Shown here: positions 8,097 through 13,867 of the stretch, piece by piece | Layout of the letters: each line of letters starts with the position of its first letter | Numbering within the stretch: position 1 is the stretch's first letter | DNA from: Armatimonadota bacterium | GTDB lineage: Bacteria > Armatimonadota > Zipacnadia > Zipacnadales > UBA5352 | DNA length: 17,046 nucleotides | Direction of reading: 5' to 3' | NCBI GenBank assembly: GCA_034722055.1 | Contig: JAYENL010000103.1 | Span: forward strand, 1 to 17,046 | The notes under the pieces: model-generated | The model's database searches: none | What the model saw: only the letters and a program-made list of their open reading frames with translations | Told to the model about the DNA's origin: nothing | Translations under genes and position numbers: made by a program

Positions 8097-8552
8097 GGCG
8101 CCGGCTTCCCAGCATGAAACACTCATTCTTCCTGGGACGCGGGCGCCCTCGCCCGCGTGCGGGCCGAAGGCCCGCTCACTATGGCCAGGCCAGGAACACG
8201 CGGACGAGTGCTGAGCGGTAGGAGTTCAGGTGTTTTCCCCGGGTCAGGAGAGCACGCCTGCTGCCGAGTGTGGGGGGGCGCGGACAAGCCACCCCTGTTC
8301 CTGGGACGCGGGCGCCCTCGCCCGCACGCCGTAAGCGGGTGGAGGTTCGGTGAAGCTGCTGGTGATCAGTAGCGCTGCGCGCCACAAGCCGGCGAGGGCG
8401 CCGGCTTCCCAGGATGAAGTGAGCGCGCGGGGTATCAGCTTCCCAGGATGCAGTAAGCGCGCCGGGCGCCGGCTTCCCAGTTCAGTTGAGCAGAAGAGGC
8501 AGCCTCGCCCGCAACCACTAACCCTTGCTGGGCTGCGGGCGCAGTCGCCCGC
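8097..8552. repeat. REP/BIME-like palindrome cluster between convergent genes
   Basis: Identical 28-mers TTCCTGGGACGCGGGCGCCCTCGCCCGC at 8129-8156 and 8298-8325; an inverted variant at 8388-8414; a degenerate copy at 8528-8552; half-copies GGCGCCGGCTTCCCAG at 8097, 8397 and 8465 plus a variant at 8431; hairpin GCGGGCC-GAA-GGCCCGC at 8159-8175. Confidence 0.8.
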
Positions 8553-8608
8553 AACGGACAATCTGAGGACGCACCCGCATCCAGCGACTTCCGCAATTAA
8601 CCAGTAGC

Positions 8609-11188
8609 TCAGCCCTGCGCCTCGTCGCGGGGGACCATGGTGATGGCGTTCTGGGGGCAGATAAGCTCACACAGGCCGCAGCTATCACAGGCATCCGGGT
8701 CCACCTGCGTGACGTCGTTCACGCGATCGATCGCTATCCAGGGGCAGACGCGCACACAGTCCCCGCAGTTGCTGCACTGCCCGCAGTCCATGCAGCGCCG
8801 AGCCTCGGCGCGGCCGATCTCCTCGGGGAAGCCCAGGGCCACCTCACCGAAGTCCCTGGCCCGCTCATCGGCGGGGCGTCGCGGCATGCGCTGGCGCCGG
8901 GTGAGCACGATGGGCTCGGCCTCGCGGATGACCTCCTCGGGCTCCACTCTCTCCAGCGCCGGCTCGGGGCGCCAGAGCTGCCGGCCCCGGAGGTAGGACG
9001 CGATGGTGAATGCCACGCGCTTGCCAGCGGCCACCGCCTCCACCAGCGGAGCCGCGCCCGTCACGCAATCGCCGCAGGCGAAGACGTCCAGGTCGCAGGT
9101 GGCGCCGGTCAGCGCGTCGGCCTCAATGGTGTCCCCCGAGCACAGCCGCGAGAGCCCAAGGTGTTCCAGCCATCCGATGTCCGGGAGCTGGCCGATGGCC
9201 ACGATCACCGTGTCGCAGGCCAGGAGCTGCTCCTCCTGCGTCGCCTCAAAGCCCACGCGGCCATCGGCGCCCGGCTCGGTGGCGCGGGTGCGGGCGAAGC
9301 GCACGCCCGTGACGCGGCCATCCTCGCCCACGATCTCCACCGGCTGAAGCTGCTCCACCAGTGCCACGCCCTCCTCCAGCGCCTCCTCGACCTCCTCGCG
9401 GCGCGCCGGCATGTCCTCGTAGCGCCGGCGGTAGGCCAGCGTCACGCGGTCCGTCAGCCGCATCGCCACCCGGGAGCTATCCACCGCCACGTCCCCGCCG
9501 CCGATGACGAGGACGTGTTCGCCCAGCTCCACGCCCTCATCCAGCGCGTGGGCCCGGAGCATGCCCACGCCCTCCACCACGCCATGAAGCTGTTCGCCGG
9601 GGACCCCCAGCTTCCGCTGCCGGTGGCCGCCGACGGCCAGCAGAATCGCCGCGTAGCCCTCCTCGCGCAGGTCGTCGATCGTGACGTCCTCGCCGACTGA
9701 CACGCCGGTGCGGATCTCCACCCCCAGGCGCTCGATCTCCGCGATCTCGTGCTCCAGCACTGCGCGGGGGAGGCGATACTCCGGGATGCCCACCGCCAGC
9801 ATCCCTCCCGCCACAGGCAGCTTCTCGAAGACCGTGGAGCGGTAGCCCATCAACGCCAAGCGGTAGGCGGCAGTCAGTCCCGCAGGGCCTGAGCCCACGA
9901 CGGCCACCAGCTCATCGTGGAAGGGCGGCGGCTGGGGCGTCTCCGGCAGGTAGCGGCCGCCATGGTCGGCCGCGAAGCGCTTCATGGCCGCGATGGCGAT
10001 GGTATCGTCCACGTCCGAGCGCGTGCAGGCCGTCTCACACGGGTGGTGGCAGCAGCGCCCCAGCACCCCCGGGAAGGGGTGATTCTGCTTGATCAGCCGC
10101 AGGGCGTGGTCGTACTTGCCCTCCGCGATGAGGTTCAGGTAGCCCTGCACGTCCTCGTTGATGGGGCACTCCCAGCGGCAGGGCGGCGTGCCCCGGGCCT
10201 GGATCTCGGCGACGATGAGGTGCCGCCGGTCCACCTCCTCCAGGGGCGTGATGCGGTCGTTAATCACCCCGCGGATCTCATCGACCGTCTCCAGCCCGTG
10301 GCGCTGCATATACTCCTGGATCTGGGCGTTCACCCGCGTCAGGATCTCGTAGCCCTGGAGGTAGATCCCCGTGCAGATCTGCACCGTCTGCGCCCCGGCC
10401 ATGATGTAGGCGATGGCGTGCTCGCCCTCGGAGACGCCGCCGCTGGCACTGATCTCAAGCTCGGTGGTCGGCGCGATGGTGTTCACCCAGCGCAGGACGA
10501 GGTGCCGCGACCAGGGGCCGCCGTGTCCGGCGTAGCCGCCGTGCATGACCGGCCGGCCCTCCTCCACGTCCACCTCCAGACCGGTGAAGCGGTTGAACAT
10601 GGTCACCCCCTCAACGCCGGTCTCCTCGATGGCGGCGACCAGGCTCGGCGGCGTGGTAAGCTGCGGGGTGAGCTTCACGATCAGCGGAATCTCGACCTGC
10701 GCCCGGACGCCCTCCACCACCTCCAGGATGCGCCGCTCCACGTCCTCCCCGGTGAAGGCGATGGACCCATGCGGGCAGGAGACGTTGATCTCCATGGCCG
10801 CAGCGCCGGACTGTGCGATGATGGCGGTGCTGTGCAGCCAGCTCTCCAGCGTCTGGCAGTCCACGTTGGCGATGACAGGGATGGCGAGGGCCTCCACCGC
10901 GCGCGACAGCTCCTCCGCGTACTCCTGCGCGTCGCGGCTGCTGGCCTGCTCGTAGCTGTAGAAGGTGAAGGCGTCGCGGTCGGCCAGTTCGTGGCGGATG
11001 ATGCGGTAGCGGGGAGCGGGCGAGGTGCGCATGGCGACGATGTCCGAGAAGCCCTTCATGACCACGGCGCCTGCCCCGGCGTCCTCGGCGCGGCGCATGG
11101 CCTCCAGGTCCTGGGTGATCGCCGCCGAGCCCGCAATCAGCGGACTGCGCAGTCTCAGCCCGACGAAGTCAGTGGTGAGCAGAGGCAA
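8609..11188 (-). CDS. Single-chain Fe-S flavoprotein: DHOD/PreA-like FMN barrel + GltD/PreT-like FAD/NAD(P)H module + 2x[4Fe-4S] ferredoxin (dihydropyrimidine dehydrogenase-like)
   Basis: TTG start at 11188, 9 nt after GGAGG. Barrel motifs: AGAGAVVMK, EINVSCPH, IVKLTP, SASGGV, AGAQTVQIC. Reductase motifs: PPCRWECP, GRCCHHPCETAC, VVGSGPAGL, GIPEYRLP, VIGGGDVAVD, AYRR, FACGD. C-terminal RCMDCGQCSNCGDCVRVCP and CDSCGLCELICP. Confidence 0.85.
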   Translation of the reverse strand: MPLLTTDFVGLRLRSPLIAGSAAITQDLEAMRRAEDAGAGAVVMKGFSDIVAMRTSPAPRYRIIRHELADRDAFTFYSYEQASSRDAQEYAEELSRAVEALAIPVIANVDCQTLESWLHSTAIIAQSGAAAMEINVSCPHGSIAFTGEDVERRILEVVEGVRAQVEIPLIVKLTPQLTTPPSLVAAIEETGVEGVTMFNRFTGLEVDVEEGRPVMHGGYAGHGGPWSRHLVLRWVNTIAPTTELEISASGGVSEGEHAIAYIMAGAQTVQICTGIYLQGYEILTRVNAQIQEYMQRHGLETVDEIRGVINDRITPLEEVDRRHLIVAEIQARGTPPCRWECPINEDVQGYLNLIAEGKYDHALRLIKQNHPFPGVLGRCCHHPCETACTRSDVDDTIAIAAMKRFAADHGGRYLPETPQPPPFHDELVAVVGSGPAGLTAAYRLALMGYRSTVFEKLPVAGGMLAVGIPEYRLPRAVLEHEIAEIERLGVEIRTGVSVGEDVTIDDLREEGYAAILLAVGGHRQRKLGVPGEQLHGVVEGVGMLRAHALDEGVELGEHVLVIGGGDVAVDSSRVAMRLTDRVTLAYRRRYEDMPARREEVEEALEEGVALVEQLQPVEIVGEDGRVTGVRFARTRATEPGADGRVGFEATQEEQLLACDTVIVAIGQLPDIGWLEHLGLSRLCSGDTIEADALTGATCDLDVFACGDCVTGAAPLVEAVAAGKRVAFTIASYLRGRQLWRPEPALERVEPEEVIREAEPIVLTRRQRMPRRPADERARDFGEVALGFPEEIGRAEARRCMDCGQCSNCGDCVRVCPWIAIDRVNDVTQVDPDACDSCGLCELICPQNAITMVPRDEAQG

Positions 11189-11240
11189 CAGAGCTTCCCT
11201 CCAGCGTCCAGCCACGGCCATTCTGAGACAGTACCGCGAA

Positions 11241-11269
11241 AGCTTAGCACCTGCCGCACGGAGCGTCAA
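11241..11269 (-). promoter_or_regulatory. sigma70-type promoter (extended -10) for the DPD-like gene
   Basis: Minus strand TTGACG (11269-11264), 17-nt spacer ending TGC, TAAGCT (11246-11241). It overlaps the ORF-track N-terminal extension, which supports a later start. Confidence 0.65.
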
Positions 11270-11382
11270 CCGCAAGGCCGCTGCCGTCCGCGAGACCGCG
11301 CCATCACGGGAACACGCTGGTTGTCGTCAGGAGGGCGCAGTTCCCCGCCGGCCCGGTCGTTGTCCTCGGCTGCATCTTTCGC

Positions 11383-11443
11383 GTAGGTCGGGCTTCCAGC
11401 CCGACAACGCCAAACGAGGCACGGACAGGAGTGTCCGTGCCAC
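11383..11443. repeat. Inverted pair of GTAG/GTGG-type REP palindromes
   Basis: GTAG-GTCGGGCT-TCC-AGCCCGAC (11383-11405, +). On the - strand, GTGG-CACGGACA-CTCC-TGTCCGTG, with a 10-bp stem at 11418-11427/11432-11441. Confidence 0.75.
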
Positions 11444-11616
11444 GGAACGGCAGACGGCGCACGCATACGAGTGTCCGCAGTCCCGCTGTGACCGGCCGAC
11501 GGCGCGGCCACAACGACAACCGCTCACGGCAAACGGCCAGCGAGTCTGAAGACACTCCCGGTCCCCACGGCAACGCCTCCCGGCCATCCTCGGCCACTGC
11601 GTTGTGGCCCAGCCGT

Positions 11617-11644
11617 CAGCTTGAGGCTCGTAGCTTGTAGCTTA
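11617..11644. repeat. Degenerate heptamer tandem repeat (4 units)
   Basis: cagcttg aggctcg tagcttg tagctta. Confidence 0.55.
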
Positions 11645-11671
11645 TTGAGGACACAGACGCCGCTCCCGGCC

Positions 11672-11701
11672 GCAGGAACCATGGCAGCCGAGGGAGAATA
11701 G
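11672..11701 (+). promoter_or_regulatory. Candidate SigH-type promoter upstream of the exported stalk-domain gene
   Basis: GCAGGAACC, 12 nt, GGAGAATAG. Fits the Bacillus sigma-H-type consensus RNAGGAWWW-N11/12-RNNGAATWW in its AGGA/GAAT cores and spacing. About 55 nt before ATG 11756. Confidence 0.4.
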
Positions 11702-11755
11702 AGTGTCGAAAGCAGATCGCCCATCGAGTCAGCTCATCCCGGGAGTGGCATCCCC

Positions 11756-13864
11756 ATGAGATCACGCAGCAGGCTGACGACCCTGGCGGTGGCGATGATA
11801 GCGTGCGCAGCCCTCTTGATCCCGCAGGCTGTGGCGCAGAACGTGCAGGTAACGCTGGACGGCGAACCGATGGCCTTCGACAGCCCGGTACTGATGGTTG
11901 ACATGGTCTTCCCGTTGCTGCCCGCCCAGCGCTTCCTCGAGACACTGGGGGCATCGGTGACGTGGGACCCCGCGCAGCAGCAGCTCAACGCCTCTAACGG
12001 AGACGTGCAGCTCCAGATGGTGGTGGGCCAGGACACCGCGACCGTCAACGGTGAGCAGCAGGCGCTGGAGTACGGACTGCAGACGTTCTCCGGCCAGCCC
12101 TACGTGCCGCCGGCCGCCGCCATGCTTCTGGGCTACGACGCGCAGTGGGATCCGCAGACGCTCCTGCTGCAGATCACCTCTCCGGCCCGGGCCGAGCCGG
12201 CGGAGACGCTGGAGGCCACGCTGCTGGAGGTGGTGCAGGCGGAGGAGCCGGCCTCGCTGCTGGTGCGGACGTTCGATCCCGTGCAGGTGGGGCAGATCCC
12301 CCTGGAGGCCGGCGCCAATGTGCGACGCGGCCGGGAGGGGACGGCGCCTGCGCTGGCGGAGGTCGCCGATCTGCAGCCTGGGGATCTGCTTGAGCTTGGA
12401 GTGGGAGAGGCGGGGAGCGTCAACTCGGTGCGCGCCAGCTTCACCCAACAGGTGGGGACGATCGCTGAGGTGCGCGGGAACCAGCTCCTCATGCAGGGCG
12501 GGGACACCTACCCACTGGGGGAGGGCGTGCAGGCGAGGGGCTCGGACGGCACGCCCCTGCACCTGCTCGGTACCGAGGGGGAGGCCGTCATCCTGCGGCT
12601 GAGCCCGCGCACGGGCGAGGTGTGGGGCATCCTCGCTCAGCGTCGCGGCGATCCCAGTCCCCCGGAGACCGATCAGCCCCGCATCGCGGCCTTCTTCGTC
12701 CCGGAGTACGGACGTGCGCTGGGCGCGGGGCAGACGATGCGGCTGGCGGTGCACGGCAGCGGTGGAGGCACCGCCACCGTGCTCATGGCCCCGGCCGGCA
12801 CACAGGTGCCGCTGACCGAGGCCTCGCCGGGCGTGTACACCGGAGCCTTCACGGTGCCGGACGGCATGGAGCTGGCCGGCACGCGCCTCACCACGCGGCT
12901 GCAGGTGGGCCGGAACACAGTCGAGGCGCGCAGCAACGTGGCCGTGACGGTGGACACCTCCCCGCCGCGCATGTACAACCTCACCCCGCCTCCCGACGCC
13001 GTGCTGCGCGAGGCCGCGCCCGCCATCGGAGCCAGCTACCAGGACGTGGGCCCCGCGGGCATCGACCTGCAGAGCGTGGCGCTGGCGATAGACGGCCAGG
13101 ACGTGACCGGCGAGGCGCAGGTGGCTGCCACGCAGGTGGCGTGGGCGGCTGAACAGCTTGCTGACGGGGCGCACAACGTCAGCGTGCAGGTGGCCGATCC
13201 CGCCGGCAACGTGGCGGAGCAGACGTGGCAGTTCCAGGTCCAGGCCGGCGGGCAGATTCAGGCGCTGGAGCATGACGCCGCCGGCCCGCTGGGTGAGGGC
13301 GCCACGCTGACGGTCACCATGCAGGTGGCCGCGGCCGGGCGCCAGGCGTCCTTCTCCATCGAGGGGCTGCAGGAGAACCTCACCATGGAGGAGCAGGCCG
13401 CGAACACCTACGTCGGCACCTACCAGGTGCAGGCGGGCGATCAGGTGGCCGACGCCCGGGTCACCGCCACCTTCGTGGCCGCGGACGGCTCCGTCCACCA
13501 GGCCGCGGCGCCGGAGCTCGTCACCATCAACGCCCCGGTGCAGGAGGCGGAGTTCTCTATCACTCGGCCCGAGAACGGCGCTCAGACGGGACGCCGCATC
13601 CGACCGGCCGGCACCGGCCCCGCCGGGCAGCGCGTTCGCTGGGCCGTGGAGTACCGCAAGCTCATTGTGGGAGGCGAGGTGGCCAGCGGCACCGCCAGGA
13701 TCCGGGAGAATGGCGTGTGGCGTACCGACGAACAGGTCGATCTGAAGGTGCTGCTGATCGGCATGGCCGACGAGTACACGCTCACCGCGGAGCTTCTGGA
13801 CGACGGGGGGAACGTCGTCGAGGAGGAATCCGTGAAGTTCACCGCCCGTGAGGGGGAAGGCTGA
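11756..13864 (+). CDS. Secreted protein with copper amine oxidase N-terminal (stalk) domain and repeated Ig-like domains
   Basis: Signal peptide MRSRSR-hydrophobic-AVA/Q. Stalk motifs RFLETLGASVTWDP, VGQDTATVNG, PYVP and LGYDAQWDP. Ig-like DTSPP...ASYQD..GIDLQSVALAIDGQDVT...DGAHNVSVQVADPAGN. GGGAG RBS. Confidence 0.78.
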   Translation: MRSRSRLTTLAVAMIACAALLIPQAVAQNVQVTLDGEPMAFDSPVLMVDMVFPLLPAQRFLETLGASVTWDPAQQQLNASNGDVQLQMVVGQDTATVNGEQQALEYGLQTFSGQPYVPPAAAMLLGYDAQWDPQTLLLQITSPARAEPAETLEATLLEVVQAEEPASLLVRTFDPVQVGQIPLEAGANVRRGREGTAPALAEVADLQPGDLLELGVGEAGSVNSVRASFTQQVGTIAEVRGNQLLMQGGDTYPLGEGVQARGSDGTPLHLLGTEGEAVILRLSPRTGEVWGILAQRRGDPSPPETDQPRIAAFFVPEYGRALGAGQTMRLAVHGSGGGTATVLMAPAGTQVPLTEASPGVYTGAFTVPDGMELAGTRLTTRLQVGRNTVEARSNVAVTVDTSPPRMYNLTPPPDAVLREAAPAIGASYQDVGPAGIDLQSVALAIDGQDVTGEAQVAATQVAWAAEQLADGAHNVSVQVADPAGNVAEQTWQFQVQAGGQIQALEHDAAGPLGEGATLTVTMQVAAAGRQASFSIEGLQENLTMEEQAANTYVGTYQVQAGDQVADARVTATFVAADGSVHQAAAPELVTINAPVQEAEFSITRPENGAQTGRRIRPAGTGPAGQRVRWAVEYRKLIVGGEVASGTARIRENGVWRTDEQVDLKVLLIGMADEYTLTAELLDDGGNVVEEESVKFTAREGEG

Positions 13865-13867
13865 GGC

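Noticed and set aside
8097..8552. CRISPR array
   Set aside because: Repeats occur in both orientations with irregular spacing, the 34-bp units have similar rather than unique spacers, and no cas genes are present. A REP/BIME cluster fits better.
8157..8607. Small ORFs in the REP cluster (8157-8372, 8179-8385, 8244-8561, 8350-8607)
   Set aside because: Their peptides (GRGRPRPH, RAPASQ) are translations of the palindromes, with no recognisable domain and no HUH/Y1 transposase motif.
11189..11275. N-terminal extension of the DPD-like ORF
   Set aside because: It overlaps the predicted promoter. Family similarity begins at LTTDFVGL, just after GGAGG-TTG at 11188.
11266..11724. Small ORFs or a riboswitch/ncRNA in the divergent intergenic region
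   Set aside because: No convincing RBS or domain, and no riboswitch, tRNA, tmRNA, RNase P or SRP signature was recognised. An Infernal/Rfam scan would be decisive.
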